Shown here in pieces: positions 1-10,967 of a DNA stretch of 64,000 nt; position 1 is the stretch's first letter, and each line of letters opens with the position of its first letter. The DNA lies in assembly GCA_902615025.1 (NCBI GenBank), contig CACMNV010000004.1, positions 9,242-73,241 on the forward strand, written 5' to 3'. The notes under the pieces are model-generated. The model saw only the letters and a list, made by a program, of their open reading frames with translations, was not told the origin of the DNA and searched no databases. The translations under genes and the position numbers were made by a program. Source of the stretch: an uncultured SAR116 cluster alpha proteobacterium. GTDB lineage: Bacteria; Pseudomonadota; Alphaproteobacteria; Puniceispirillales; Marisalimonadaceae.

Positions 1-1112
1 TCACCAATTGCTAACAAAGGCGCATCTCTATAATATCTTTCGATATTATATTCTGGCGAATATCCGAAACCTCCATGAATTCTCATAGCTTCAGTTGAAT
101 TAAATAAAGCTGTTTCTGTAGCATATAGTTTTGCCATTCCAGCTTGCAAATCAGATCTTTGTCCACTGTCATATGCTATAGCCGCTTGTTCTGTTAGTAA
201 TCTTGAGGCTTCTAATCTAGTTGCCATTTCTGCTAACTTAATTTGAATTGATTGGTGATTTGAAATTGGTTTTCCAAATGTTTTTCTAATTTTAGAATAT
301 TCTATAGAATCATCCAATGCGGCCTTTGCAAGTCCAACCCCTCTTGCTGCAACATTGATTCTTCCTAATTCTAAACCTGATAATATTTGCTGCAGACCTC
401 TGCCTTCTTCAGTACCGATTAAATTTTCTAATGGTATTTCAACATCTTTAAATTGAACTTCTCCTGTATCAATACCTCTATAGCCTAGTTTCTTTAGTTT
501 TCTTGGAATGTAACCTTGATCTTTATGAACTAATAATAAACTCATTCCTTTATGAGGTGGTGAAATTTCATTATTCGTCTTAACCAATACTGCTAAAACA
601 TCTCCTTGGACTGAATTTGTTATCCATGTTTTAGTCCCATTAATTTTATACTTCGTATTATCTTTAGTTGCTTTTGTTTTTATTGATTGTAAATCTGTTC
701 CACAATCTGGTTCTGTTAAAGCAATACCTCCTCTTAATTCTCCTGTTGCAAATTTAGGCAGATAAAAATTTTTCATTTCATCGGTGCCAAACTTTTCTAC
801 AGCAGCACACATAATTAAATGAGAATTAAAAATACCAGATACTGACATCCAAACAGATGAAACATTTTCTACAATTTTAGAATAAGTAACAGCAGATAAA
901 CCTAATCCACCATAATCTTCAGATATAGTTGCTCCAAAAAGACCCAGTTCAGCCATTTTGTCAGCTATGTCTTGAGGATATTTATCCTCAGATTCAAATT
1001 CTTTAACATAAGGTTTAACATCTTTTTCTAAAAACTTATCTATGCTACTAAGAATAAGTTTATCATTTTCAGAAGTGTCCAAATTTATTTTTGCTAGTTT
1101 CTGATCGTCCAT
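1..1112 (-). CDS. acyl-CoA dehydrogenase (partial; C-terminal end runs off the left edge)
   Basis: Absent from the ORF track because there is no stop in the window. Manual minus-strand translation from ATG 1112-1110 gives MDDQKLAKINLDTSENDKLILSSIDKFLEKDVKPYVKEFESEDKYPQDIADKMAELGLFGATISEDYGGLGLS...GGIALTEPDCGTDLQSIKTKA...INGTKTWITN. The frame stays open to position 3 (...RYYRDAPLLAIG). These are typical ACAD motifs. Confidence 0.85.
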   Translation of the reverse strand, partial: MDDQKLAKINLDTSENDKLILSSIDKFLEKDVKPYVKEFESEDKYPQDIADKMAELGLFGATISEDYGGLGLSAVTYSKIVENVSSVWMSVSGIFNSHLIMCAAVEKFGTDEMKNFYLPKFATGELRGGIALTEPDCGTDLQSIKTKATKDNTKYKINGTKTWITNSVQGDVLAVLVKTNNEISPPHKGMSLLLVHKDQGYIPRKLKKLGYRGIDTGEVQFKDVEIPLENLIGTEEGRGLQQILSGLELGRINVAARGVGLAKAALDDSIEYSKIRKTFGKPISNHQSIQIKLAEMATRLEASRLLTEQAAIAYDSGQRSDLQAGMAKLYATETALFNSTEAMRIHGGFGYSPEYNIERYYRDAPLLAIG

Positions 1113-1132
1113 TTAGTTTCTCTCTTTCTTAT

Positions 1133-2515
1133 TTAATTACTTAACTCAAATAATGAATCTATGCTGTTCGCATTATCTAGTTTAAGCATAAAATTTTTAA
1201 GTTCATCAGATTTTTCTGTTTTTAAGTATGGTTCTACAAGACCGTCAAATTTCTCAATAAACTCATCTTGGGTCATAAAATTTTCTGGATCCCCTTTTGG
1301 AATTTTTACAAATCTTTCATGCTCTTTACCATTAACTTTAATTTTAACATTCGCACTCATATATTCTGGGCAACATTCTTCAGCCTTTTTGTCGTGAGCA
1401 GTTTTTATTCTTTTACATAAAGATAGAGTTTCATTATCAGTTAAACTATTTTTATAATCATCCCATACAAAACTTCCGTTTTTTGCAGCTATAGCTGCAC
1501 AAAAAGGCATTGAAAATTGTCCATCAACTATATTTTTAGGATTTCTTTTTTCTTCTAAAGGAACACCGATAATATTTAATGCTGTATTTGATAATCCAAT
1601 TTCAACATCTTCTAGCTCTTTAAAATTAAAACCTATTTCTTCTTTAAGTTCTAACAATCCGTCTATTGCTGCATGACTGTATCTACATGATGGGTAGGGC
1701 TTTACACCTAAATTAAGAGTTTCAAAATTTTCACCTAAAGCATTTAAGGCTTTTTTAGAATCTCCACCAGAAACAAAAGAATTTAAATATCCCCATTTAC
1801 CCTCAAAAGCTTGTTGTGGACCTTTAAAACCCTCTAAAGCTAAAACAGCACATTTTAATCCATTTTGGGCAGCTTGACCAACATGTGATCTTTTTGTCCA
1901 AGATCCATCGTTTAAAAATTCCATTGAACCCGATGACTGACTTAAGGCAATACCAAAGGCTGAAATAAATTGATTTTTATTTAATCCTAAAATATGACCA
2001 GTTGCTGCAACAGCCCCAAAAATACCACAAGTGGCAGTTGGATGAAATCCTCTATTATAATGCTTAGATGCTCCACCTGCCAACCCAAGTCTTATTTGAA
2101 TTTCATAACCTATAACACAAGCTGTAATTAATTGTTGTCCTGAACAGTTTTTCATTTGTGCAGCTGAAAGAGCAGCAGATAAAATTGGTGCACTTGAATG
2201 AAGAGAAGCTTCAGCATGAGTATCATCAAAATCTAGAGAGTGTGCTAAAGTACCATTAATTAAAGCAGCAGCAGACGGTGCATAATTATTTTTATCTGAA
2301 AAAACTTTACAATTACCATTATCCAAATCTAATGTTTGAATTGCTTTTATCAAACTTTCTGTTGATTCAGCATCATGCCTTGCTCTGATAATTATTCCAA
2401 CAGTATCTAAAATAAGTAGCTTAGTTCTTTCAACTACATCTTTAGGTAATTTTTCAAATTTAATGTTTTCACAAAATTCAGCTAATTTTTCTGTTAATTT
2501 TTCCATATCTCTCAA
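1133..2515 (-). CDS. MmgE/PrpD (2-methylcitrate dehydratase) family protein, paralog 1
   Basis: 460 aa, full-length PrpD-family layout (AHSLDFDDTH, GFHPTATCGIFGA, KPYPSCRYSH). Lies 20 nt upstream of the ACAD gene on the same strand. Confidence 0.85.
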   Translation of the reverse strand: MRDMEKLTEKLAEFCENIKFEKLPKDVVERTKLLILDTVGIIIRARHDAESTESLIKAIQTLDLDNGNCKVFSDKNNYAPSAAALINGTLAHSLDFDDTHAEASLHSSAPILSAALSAAQMKNCSGQQLITACVIGYEIQIRLGLAGGASKHYNRGFHPTATCGIFGAVAATGHILGLNKNQFISAFGIALSQSSGSMEFLNDGSWTKRSHVGQAAQNGLKCAVLALEGFKGPQQAFEGKWGYLNSFVSGGDSKKALNALGENFETLNLGVKPYPSCRYSHAAIDGLLELKEEIGFNFKELEDVEIGLSNTALNIIGVPLEEKRNPKNIVDGQFSMPFCAAIAAKNGSFVWDDYKNSLTDNETLSLCKRIKTAHDKKAEECCPEYMSANVKIKVNGKEHERFVKIPKGDPENFMTQDEFIEKFDGLVEPYLKTEKSDELKNFMLKLDNANSIDSLFELSN

Positions 2516-2587
2516 CTTGTATTTATTTCAGTTAAGTTATAATGTTATTATTTATTAATTTTTTTTCAATTTATTTAATTTTTTTTT

Positions 2588-3865
2588 ATGACAGAACCAT
2601 TTGAATTAACTGCTACAAAAGCTCTTGAATTAATTGATAAAAATAAACTTTCATATTTAGAATGGATTGAAAGTTGTTTAGAAAGAATAAAAACAAGAGA
2701 ACCTTTTATTAAAGCCTTTTCCTACATTGATTATACGAGACCAATCGAATTAGCAAAAAAATGTGATCAAATAAAAAAGAAAAATTTTGGAATACCATTT
2801 GCTGCAAAAGACATTATTGATATTGAGGGTATGCCGACACAGATGGGCACACCTTTTTATTCAGAAAATATACCAAAAAGAGATGCTGGAAGTGTCGCAA
2901 TCGCTAAACACTATGGCTGTATTCCTATTGGCAAGACAGTGACAACTGAACTGGGTCACAGACACCCTGGCCCAACTGTTAATCCTCATAATTATGAACA
3001 TACCCCAGGTGGATCTAGCTCTGGTTCAGCTGCAGCAGTAGCAGAAAACATGGTACCTATTGCTTTTGGAACCCAAACAACTGGTTCTGTTATAAGACCT
3101 GCAGCTTATTGTGGAGTTATAGGCTATAAGCCAACTTATGGAGATTTTGATAAATCAGGAATTTTACCAAACTCTCCATCTATAGATACTTTAGGTCTTA
3201 TGGCTAGATCGATAGAAGATATACTTAGTATGAGAAATATTTTGATAGAAGAAGAATGTTTATTAAATGAAAATTTAAATATTAATGATATTAGGTTTGC
3301 GTTCGTTAAAACTCCTTACTGGGATAAAATAGATGACGACTCTAAAGTAAATCTAGAAAATTTTATTTCTAATCTGATAGAATTGAACGTTAATGTAGAA
3401 GAAATATATTTAAATAATTTAATTTTAAAGTCTAGTGAAATACATAAAAAAATAAGTGGATTTGAATTTAAAAGATCTATTTCCGCCGAACGTTTTCACC
3501 ACTATAATGAACTAAGTGATATCCTAAGAAATGGAAGGCTTAGTGACGGTGAAAATATGTCATTAAGTGATTACCATTATTTATTTGATCATCTTGAAAA
3601 ACATAAACATATGATTAATGACAAGATATCTTCTTATGACTGTATAATATCACCAAGTGCTCTAGGTGAAGCACTAAGTGGTTTAGAATATACAGGCTCA
3701 CCAGTGTTAAATACGACTTGGACTTTATTAGGATTACCATCAATAACACTACCAATGTTTAAAAGCAAAAATAATTTACCAATAGGTTGTCAATTTATTG
3801 CAAAGAAGGCTGAAGATAATAAACTTTTAAGTATTTCAAAAAAAATACTCTTAGAATTTAGCTAG
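2588..3865 (+). CDS. amidase-signature family amidase
   Basis: 425 aa. Has FAAKDIID (catalytic Lys context) and the GGSSSGSAAAVA Ser-cisSer-Lys signature. Divergent from PrpD paralog 1. Confidence 0.85.
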   Translation: MTEPFELTATKALELIDKNKLSYLEWIESCLERIKTREPFIKAFSYIDYTRPIELAKKCDQIKKKNFGIPFAAKDIIDIEGMPTQMGTPFYSENIPKRDAGSVAIAKHYGCIPIGKTVTTELGHRHPGPTVNPHNYEHTPGGSSSGSAAAVAENMVPIAFGTQTTGSVIRPAAYCGVIGYKPTYGDFDKSGILPNSPSIDTLGLMARSIEDILSMRNILIEEECLLNENLNINDIRFAFVKTPYWDKIDDDSKVNLENFISNLIELNVNVEEIYLNNLILKSSEIHKKISGFEFKRSISAERFHHYNELSDILRNGRLSDGENMSLSDYHYLFDHLEKHKHMINDKISSYDCIISPSALGEALSGLEYTGSPVLNTTWTLLGLPSITLPMFKSKNNLPIGCQFIAKKAEDNKLLSISKKILLEFS

Positions 3866-5145
3866 CCAAAGTGAGAAGTTATTAATAATGAAGGTAAAGT
3901 AAGAGCTAAAGCAGGAAATAAAAGTACTATTATTAAAACAACTGTATCTGATATACAAAATGGGAATGAACCCCTAATCACAGTCGTTACAGGTAATTTT
4001 GTGACTCCACTTACAGCAAATAAATTAAGTCCAACAGGTGGAATTACACTTCCGATTTCTATACATAAAGCTGTTAAAATTCCAAGGTGAACAGGATCAA
4101 CTCCAAGTGCTAATGCAACGGGGAAATAAATAGGTACTGTTAAAACTAAAATTGCAACACCTGTTAAAAACATAGATAAAAATAGCAAAGAACCCATTAA
4201 AGCAAACAAAAATCCAAGCCTTGATAAACCTAACGTACCAGCCCATTCAGCTATCATCTGAGGCCATCCCATATTAGCAAGATAAAACTGGAATATGCCT
4301 ACACATCCTAACAAAAAGAAAACTACAGCTGTTAAATTCATAGTCCTTACTGTCGTTGGCATTAATTCTTTTAAAAAAGTCTTTCTTTTAAAAACCAGAC
4401 CATAAAATAATGCGTAACTGGCAGCAGCGGCACCTGCTTCTGTTGGAGTAAATACTCCTCCATAAAGTCCACCTAAAATAATAACTGGCATCAACAAAGC
4501 TGGCCAAGCATCTTTAAATGAAATCCAAACCTCGCATAAGTCAAATTTTCCTCGAGGTAATTTTATAAATAGTGAAACGCTAATGATTATAACTGCATCA
4601 CTTATTGCTAACATTATGCCAGGCACAATGCCTGCAAAAAATAAATCAATAATTGATATCTCTGTTATAACACCGAACAAAATAAGAGTGATGCTTGGTG
4701 GTATTAATAAAGCTATCCCGCCAGCTGAGGCAATTACACCAGCTGCCATCCATTTGGGATAACCTCTTTTTACAAGCTCCGGATATGCAATAACACTCAT
4801 TGCTGCAGCCATAGCTGTTGAAGAACCTGATATTGCCCCAAATAAAACTGCTGCTAAAAGAGTTGCATATGCGAAACCACCTGGAACCCAGCCAACTAAA
4901 GAATCAGCAAATCTAAACAAACCTGCAACAAGGCCTGTTCTTTCCATTAAAAAACCAGCATAAATAAAAAAAGGTATTGCTACTAAAGTATATTTAGTTA
5001 GAAAGCTAAAAAAAGCTTCGAATAGAGTACTGTAAGTAAGAAAATCATCAAATAGTACACCAATTGCAGTAGCACCAGCTAATGAAATTCCAATAGGAAC
5101 TCCAGCAAATAAAAGCATGAATAACGTACTACCTAAACTCCACAT
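3862..5145 (-). CDS. TRAP transporter large permease (DctM family)
   Basis: 427 aa polytopic membrane protein with DctM-like segments (FGAISGSSTA, LLIPPSI). Follows DctQ and DctP genes. Confidence 0.9.
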   Translation of the reverse strand: MWSLGSTLFMLLFAGVPIGISLAGATAIGVLFDDFLTYSTLFEAFFSFLTKYTLVAIPFFIYAGFLMERTGLVAGLFRFADSLVGWVPGGFAYATLLAAVLFGAISGSSTAMAAAMSVIAYPELVKRGYPKWMAAGVIASAGGIALLIPPSITLILFGVITEISIIDLFFAGIVPGIMLAISDAVIIISVSLFIKLPRGKFDLCEVWISFKDAWPALLMPVIILGGLYGGVFTPTEAGAAAASYALFYGLVFKRKTFLKELMPTTVRTMNLTAVVFFLLGCVGIFQFYLANMGWPQMIAEWAGTLGLSRLGFLFALMGSLLFLSMFLTGVAILVLTVPIYFPVALALGVDPVHLGILTALCIEIGSVIPPVGLNLFAVSGVTKLPVTTVIRGSFPFCISDTVVLIIVLLFPALALTLPSLLITSHFG

Positions 5146-5158
5146 AACAATTATCTAT

Positions 5159-5710
5159 CTAAACATCCGTTGATAATTCAACTTTTTCAGTGAAATGATC
5201 ACCCTTAATATAACTATGAATATCTTCAATTATTTGTAAAAAAGCCACGAGTGACATTAAACCTAAGCCTATTGCTAAACAAGTATGAAACGGCCACATA
5301 TAAAAAAATAAACTTTCTGACAATTCACTTATTTTAATTGAATAGTGTATAGTAGATATAGCTGTATAAGTTAATGAAGCACAAAAAATACAAACTGTAG
5401 TTGAAACAAAGATTTTAGCAAATCCAATTAATTTGAAAAACTTGTAAGCACTCAACAATTGAAGTACAGCACTCATGACTAAATGCCCTCTTTTAATTTG
5501 TGTTACACAAATGAAAAAAGCAACTGAACACATTGTAGCATAGATAACTGCATCCTGACCCCACTCAAATACAACACCCAAAATATATCTTCTAAAAATT
5601 TCAGCTAAAGCGAATAAGGTTACACCTATCATCAACAGAGCTGACAAAGTCCCTAGGATCTTTTCGATCCAGTGCTTAATCAATTCAGAAATTTGATAAA
5701 ATATTTTCAT
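5159..5710 (-). CDS. TRAP transporter small permease (DctQ family)
   Basis: 183 aa with four predicted TM helices. Positioned between the binding-protein and DctM genes. Confidence 0.75.
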   Translation of the reverse strand: MKIFYQISELIKHWIEKILGTLSALLMIGVTLFALAEIFRRYILGVVFEWGQDAVIYATMCSVAFFICVTQIKRGHLVMSAVLQLLSAYKFFKLIGFAKIFVSTTVCIFCASLTYTAISTIHYSIKISELSESLFFYMWPFHTCLAIGLGLMSLVAFLQIIEDIHSYIKGDHFTEKVELSTDV

Positions 5711-5756
5711 GCTAATTTAAAAAAGGCCTAAATAAAATTTAGGCCTTTTGATAAAG

Positions 5757-6926
5757 TTACTTACGTGACTTCTTTTTAAATAAAGCTGTTCCTTTTGCAT
5801 ATTTAGCAAAGTCTGCAGCAAAAGCAGTACAATCAGTCTTTTCTAATGGATCTGATCCTAATGGATTTGCTTTAACTAAAGCCGCAGCCTCTGATGTAAA
5901 TTGGTCCACCATTTTATCACCAGTTCCATCAACTTTTGTTTTAATCCAGTTATTTGTAGCACCACCTTCAGCCTTTTGTAAAACACCAGCTTCTGATGGG
6001 TTCATTACGTAAATACCAGGCTTAGACTTATCTGTTACTTTATACTTATCAACAAGTCTCTTATCATTACAAAAGTTTATTGCCTTTTGATATGGAATAA
6101 AGTCATTAACAATAATGTCAGCTAATGCTTTTTGTTGAGCTTTAGATAGTGTTGACCACCATTTGTTTGAAGCACCAATCCAATAGTAATCACCGACGAT
6201 ACCGTTGATGCCAGCTACAGTAAAATATGGAGCTTGCTCTTTTGTTGCGTTAAATCCACCTAAACTTGTTAATAATCCATCAATTACTCCAGTTTGAAGT
6301 GCTGGTGGAACATCTCCAAATGACATTGTAGTTGGATTAGCACCTAATGATCCAAGTAATGCATTTTCAGCAGGTCCCATACTTCTGATTTTTTTACCTT
6401 TGAAGTCAGCTGGAACAAGCATTCTACTTTTAACAGCTCCAGCACCCATATACATACTTAAGTGACCAGAACCAAATATTGTAATTCCATGTTTATCATT
6501 AAATACCTTCTTTAACTGAGCAAAAGTTTTTGTACCATCTAGTCCATTGATAGCACCAGGAGTAGTTAATTTACCAGCTCCTACAATTGTATTTGCTAAA
6601 GGCTCAACTGAAGAAGTTTTACCAAACTGTCCAGTCATCATTTCTAAATTACCTTTTGTTAAGGCCTGTGTACCTTTTGGTACATTATAAAGTGATTTAG
6701 CCCAGTAAATTTGTACTTTACTTCCTGGAATTTTCTTTTCAACTTGCTCTGCAAAAAACATTTCTGCAATAGCTGCAGGATGTGGCGGACCAGAGTGGTC
6801 TGATGCCCATCTCATTTTAATTGGTTCAACTTTACCGTGTCCATCTGCGATAGCATTTGTTGAACCTAATGAAAATAAAGCTGCAATTGTAGCAACTGCT
6901 GTCATTAATTTCTTATCTAATCTCAT
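5757..6926 (-). CDS. TRAP transporter substrate-binding protein (DctP family, C-terminally extended)
   Basis: 389 aa with a signal peptide (..LGSTNAIA). DctP-like core including the carboxylate-binding Arg context KKIRSMGP. Strong SD (GGAGGAAAATTC-ATG). About 50 aa longer than a typical DctP. Confidence 0.75.
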   Translation of the reverse strand: MRLDKKLMTAVATIAALFSLGSTNAIADGHGKVEPIKMRWASDHSGPPHPAAIAEMFFAEQVEKKIPGSKVQIYWAKSLYNVPKGTQALTKGNLEMMTGQFGKTSSVEPLANTIVGAGKLTTPGAINGLDGTKTFAQLKKVFNDKHGITIFGSGHLSMYMGAGAVKSRMLVPADFKGKKIRSMGPAENALLGSLGANPTTMSFGDVPPALQTGVIDGLLTSLGGFNATKEQAPYFTVAGINGIVGDYYWIGASNKWWSTLSKAQQKALADIIVNDFIPYQKAINFCNDKRLVDKYKVTDKSKPGIYVMNPSEAGVLQKAEGGATNNWIKTKVDGTGDKMVDQFTSEAAALVKANPLGSDPLEKTDCTAFAADFAKYAKGTALFKKKSRK

Positions 6927-7047
6927 GAATTTTCCTCCGAAACATAGATTTTGTTAAATAATTATTTAGACACTAAACATATAATACTATGTAATCAAAG
7001 GTTTTTTAGTTCATATGTTATATAAAAAATTAATAAAATAAATTGAA

Positions 7048-8250
7048 CTATATAATATCTTTATTTTTCAATAAGTTAATGTCTTCAATTGAGTAGCCTA
7101 ACTTAGTAAATATCTCTTCATTATGTTCACCTAATTCAGGTGCTGTTTTGTCAACATGATTTTCAGTGTCGAATCTTATTGGTGTTTTTAGTAAGCTTAT
7201 GTTTTTTTTATTTTTAGTCGTTATAGTTTCAATGTTATTTCTTTCTTTAACAAATTCATTTTGAAGTGAAGACTTAACATCTAAGATTGGTGCAGCTGGT
7301 ACATTACCTGCAAAAATTTTTAGCCATTCTGACGTAGACTTTTTACTTAATTCTTTATCTAAAATTTCTGTTATTTGACTTCTATTCTCCTGTCTCAGTT
7401 TAAAATTTAAAAACCTTTTATCTTCTCCCAAGTCTTTTCTATCTATATATTCACAAAGAATAGGCCAAAAACTCTCTTTATTGCACATTAAATAAATCCA
7501 ACCATCAGAAGTTTTATACAGTTGACATGGAACTAAAACGGGATGAGCAGATCTATCTAATCTTTCTGGTTCGTAATCTGAATTTAATGCCCAGGCAGCT
7601 ACATAACTTTGATTAAACATGGCTGTATCAAAAAGACTTACATCAATATCTCTTCCAATTCCTGTATCTCTTGCGGATAAAACACCACTCACTAAACTAA
7701 ATGCCATAGTTAATCCTGCCATGTAATCTACAATAGACAGACCAAATCTTGCCGGAGGAGCATCAGGTTCACCAGTCAATGAAAAGTACCCTGCCTCAGC
7801 TTGCATTAAATAATCATATCCTGGCCAATTCTTTCTTGGCCCTTCTCTACCATATGCAGAACAATGAGCTGCAACAATTTTTTTATTATATTGTTTTAAT
7901 TGGTCAAATGTAATTCCTAACTTTTCAGGAACATCACCTCTAAGATTATTGCAAACTGCATCACTTGTTTTTACTAACTTACCTAAAATTTCCTTCCCTT
8001 CACCAGATAAAATATTAAGAGTTATACTTTTTTTATTTCTGTTTAATGCTTGAAAGAAGATACTTGATGCTGAATTTCTTTCTTCATCAATGAAATAAGG
8101 ACCAAGTGCTCTTAAGTAGTCTCCATCCGTTCCCGCAGGTTCTATTTTTATTACCTCTGCACCTAAATCCGATAAATACTGAGAACCAAATGGACCCGCA
8201 CCATATTGCTCAAATGCTAAAACTTTTAATCCCTCTAGAGGCAAGCTCAT
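7048..8250 (-). CDS. family III CoA-transferase (CaiB/BaiF/Ict-like)
   Basis: 400 aa. N-terminus LEGLKVLAFEQYGAGPFGSQYLSDLGAEVIKIEP is the canonical family III signature. Confidence 0.9.
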   Translation of the reverse strand: MSLPLEGLKVLAFEQYGAGPFGSQYLSDLGAEVIKIEPAGTDGDYLRALGPYFIDEERNSASSIFFQALNRNKKSITLNILSGEGKEILGKLVKTSDAVCNNLRGDVPEKLGITFDQLKQYNKKIVAAHCSAYGREGPRKNWPGYDYLMQAEAGYFSLTGEPDAPPARFGLSIVDYMAGLTMAFSLVSGVLSARDTGIGRDIDVSLFDTAMFNQSYVAAWALNSDYEPERLDRSAHPVLVPCQLYKTSDGWIYLMCNKESFWPILCEYIDRKDLGEDKRFLNFKLRQENRSQITEILDKELSKKSTSEWLKIFAGNVPAAPILDVKSSLQNEFVKERNNIETITTKNKKNISLLKTPIRFDTENHVDKTAPELGEHNEEIFTKLGYSIEDINLLKNKDII

Positions 8251-8267
8251 TTTTTAAAACTTTCTAA

Positions 8268-8801
8268 TTATTTTGTATTTGAAATAATTTCATCAACAAC
8301 ACTATGACCTCTTTTAGCAACTAAAAAAGATCTTACCATATCCATCACAATCAAATTATCTTGATTTTTTCCAATATGTCTAACTCTTACTATTCCTTGG
8401 GTTGGTCTTGATTTAGACTCTCTTTTATCAAGTACCTCTGTTTCAGAATATAGAGTATCTCCAACAAATACTGGTGCGGGTAATTTTATTTCTTCCCAAC
8501 CTAAATTTGCTATTGCTTTCTGGCTAGTACCACTCACGCACATGCCTGTAACCAGTGATAAGGTAAATGCAGAATTTACAAGATAACGTTTGAATTCTGT
8601 TTTAGACGCATAATTAGTATCAAAATGCACAGGATGTGTGTTCATTGTTAAATTTGTAAACCAAATATTATCTGTTTCTGTAATGGTTCGACCTGGCCAA
8701 TGTTCGTAAATGTCACCTACATTGAAATCTTCAAAATATCTGCCTGGATCTTCTCGATATCTATTAGGCCCAACCTTTTTTATTCCAAATAACTCACTCA
8801 T
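8268..8801 (-). CDS. MaoC-like (R)-specific enoyl-CoA hydratase, single hot-dog domain
   Basis: 177 aa with a hot-dog fold pattern (NTHPVHFD...). Zero-nt junction with the upstream lyase gene. Confidence 0.8.
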   Translation of the reverse strand: MSELFGIKKVGPNRYREDPGRYFEDFNVGDIYEHWPGRTITETDNIWFTNLTMNTHPVHFDTNYASKTEFKRYLVNSAFTLSLVTGMCVSGTSQKAIANLGWEEIKLPAPVFVGDTLYSETEVLDKRESKSRPTQGIVRVRHIGKNQDNLIVMDMVRSFLVAKRGHSVVDEIISNTK

Positions 8802-9614
8802 TTAAACCTCTCTCTCAATAATGGACTTAGCTCTTGCCAAAACAGGAGCATCAACCATTTTACCTTCAAAATTAAAAGCGCCAGTACCTGCAGTTTCAGA
8901 TGCTTTTAAAACTCCTTTTGCCCAAATCAATTCTTCATCAGTTGGATTATATGCTCGATGGATAGGTTCAATTTGATCTGGATGAATTGCAAATTTTCCT
9001 TTAAAACCCATTGATTTAATTAGCTTAGTTTCATTAAAACATCCTTCCGCATCACGAAAATCCAACCAAACCCCATCCAAAGCAATAGTGTTGTATAGAG
9101 CTGAGGCATTAACTATTTTACCTCTTGAATAAGCTAGCGAATCTACACTCATATCTCCACCTGTCATAGCTGTAAAGTCAGCAGAACCAAAACCTATTCC
9201 TGAAAAGTTTATACCTTCAACATTCCAAAATTCGATATTAGCAATTCCTTTAGGTGTCTCAATTTGTGGTAGAACTAAAATGTTTGTTCCTAAATCATTT
9301 AAAAAAGATTTACACTCTTTAGCATCTTCAATTTTTGGTATGGCAATAGAATAAGGAAGATTTGGACAATTCTTCAACATTTTAATGTCATCATGATAAT
9401 CATTCGAATCTAAACCATTTATCCTCAGTAAAAATTTCTCTGGTTGATTATTAAAATTGTTTTTTGAAAATTCGATGAAATTTTTACGCCCAAAATCTTT
9501 CTTATCTTTGGCAAGTCCGTCTTCTAAATCAAAAATGACTTTGTCAGAATTTGATGCCAAGGCTTTTGGAACTCTCTCGATTTTATCCAATGGTAAAAAT
9601 AAAATACTCCTCAT
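8802..9614 (-). CDS. HpcH/CitE-like acyl-CoA lyase (citramalyl-/malyl-CoA lyase type)
   Basis: 270 aa. MRSILFLPLDK...SDKVIFDLEDGLA matches the CitE/HpcH N-terminal motif. Confidence 0.85.
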   Translation of the reverse strand: MRSILFLPLDKIERVPKALASNSDKVIFDLEDGLAKDKKDFGRKNFIEFSKNNFNNQPEKFLLRINGLDSNDYHDDIKMLKNCPNLPYSIAIPKIEDAKECKSFLNDLGTNILVLPQIETPKGIANIEFWNVEGINFSGIGFGSADFTAMTGGDMSVDSLAYSRGKIVNASALYNTIALDGVWLDFRDAEGCFNETKLIKSMGFKGKFAIHPDQIEPIHRAYNPTDEELIWAKGVLKASETAGTGAFNFEGKMVDAPVLARAKSIIEREV

Positions 9615-9636
9615 AATTGACTGCTCATTAATTCCT

Positions 9637-10956
9637 TTATTTTAAAAGATTGATAATGTCTTTCGCTCGATTTTTTTCAGGACTTTTAAAAAGATCAAAT
9701 ATTTCATTGGATAGTTTATCAGATAATAAAGAAGAAGATTTAGTTAAAATCTTTTTCTGTAATAATTCATTTTCAATTTTATTATTCAAGTCATGACTGT
9801 TTTTATATATTTCACTACCATCTTTTAATTCAATTAAAGCTTCAGTATTAGTCATTTTATCATTTGGAATGACTTCAACTTTATCACGTGTTTCAACAAT
9901 TTTTTCATTAAAGCAAATTTCATCATTATAACTATCTAGCCTTCCTGTATCAACACCGTGAAGAGACATTGCGGCGGTTAACTTATATGAAAACTTTGCC
10001 TCTAATCCTGTTTTCGGGCTATCAATATTACAAACTTGCAACCAAGAAGGTTGTGTTTGAATTGAAATTTTTTCAATTGAATCTGGATTAAAATTATTTT
10101 TTGTTTTCAATTCGTCCAATGCCTCAAGAAAAGCATGCAAACCATGACAACAAGCATGAAATTTATATTTAATTTCAGGGAATAAAAAATCTTGCCCTAA
10201 AACATTAATTGCTGCCTCAGGCATAGTTTCGTCCCATGCATGTGTCTTCAAAAAACCTTGATTACATTCAATCCCGTTTTCACAACTAACAAAACCTAAC
10301 TTTGACAATTTAGCAGCCTCAATTCCATTTGATGCAGCAATGCCAGCATGAAATGGTTTGCCCATTGTACCAAATTGTGACTTTAAACCTGATGCTCTTG
10401 TTGAAACTATACCAAGTGCATTTTCTATTTGTTTAGCATCTAATTTCAGTAATTTCGATGCAACTAAAGTTGCACCAAAAGCCCCACTGGTAGCTGTTTG
10501 ATGAAAACCTTTGTTATAATGTGAGTAACCAAGGATATGACCTAACCTAGTGGAAATTTCTACACCACACATATAAGCCAACATTATTTCATCAATCGAT
10601 GAGCCTAATTCTTCGCCAAGTGCTAATGCAGTAGGAAAAGCACTAGCCGTTGGATGTCCAGTAAATAAAAAATGAGTGTCGTCATAATCTAGGGCATGAC
10701 CAATAGTTCCATTTACAAAAGCTGCTGATTTAGCTGAAACTTCTTTTCCATTTGAAATTAATCTTGATAGACCTTTAGTTTGTTCTTCATCGATTAATTT
10801 AGTTACAATTTTTGATACTGGCTCTTCTTTTGCTGCATATGCAACACCACACCAATCGATCATTGACATCTTTGAAAAAAATATCATTTCATCATTAAAA
10901 TTTTGTAAGGTAGCCTGTAATACGAAATTACTAAAAATTTTTGTTAAATCTGTCAT
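9637..10956 (-). CDS. MmgE/PrpD family protein, paralog 2
   Basis: 439 aa (GHALDYDDTH, GFHQTATSGAFGA). Embedded in the CoA-ester operon. Confidence 0.85.
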   Translation of the reverse strand: MTDLTKIFSNFVLQATLQNFNDEMIFFSKMSMIDWCGVAYAAKEEPVSKIVTKLIDEEQTKGLSRLISNGKEVSAKSAAFVNGTIGHALDYDDTHFLFTGHPTASAFPTALALGEELGSSIDEIMLAYMCGVEISTRLGHILGYSHYNKGFHQTATSGAFGATLVASKLLKLDAKQIENALGIVSTRASGLKSQFGTMGKPFHAGIAASNGIEAAKLSKLGFVSCENGIECNQGFLKTHAWDETMPEAAINVLGQDFLFPEIKYKFHACCHGLHAFLEALDELKTKNNFNPDSIEKISIQTQPSWLQVCNIDSPKTGLEAKFSYKLTAAMSLHGVDTGRLDSYNDEICFNEKIVETRDKVEVIPNDKMTNTEALIELKDGSEIYKNSHDLNNKIENELLQKKILTKSSSLLSDKLSNEIFDLFKSPEKNRAKDIINLLK

Positions 10957-10967
10957 CTTTTACTCCA

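Noticed and set aside
1161-1397. 78-aa plus-strand ORF inside the PrpD paralog 1 gene
   Set aside because: It is entirely antisense to a 460-aa ORF with clear family motifs and has a low-complexity S/F/L-rich composition, so it is a shadow ORF.
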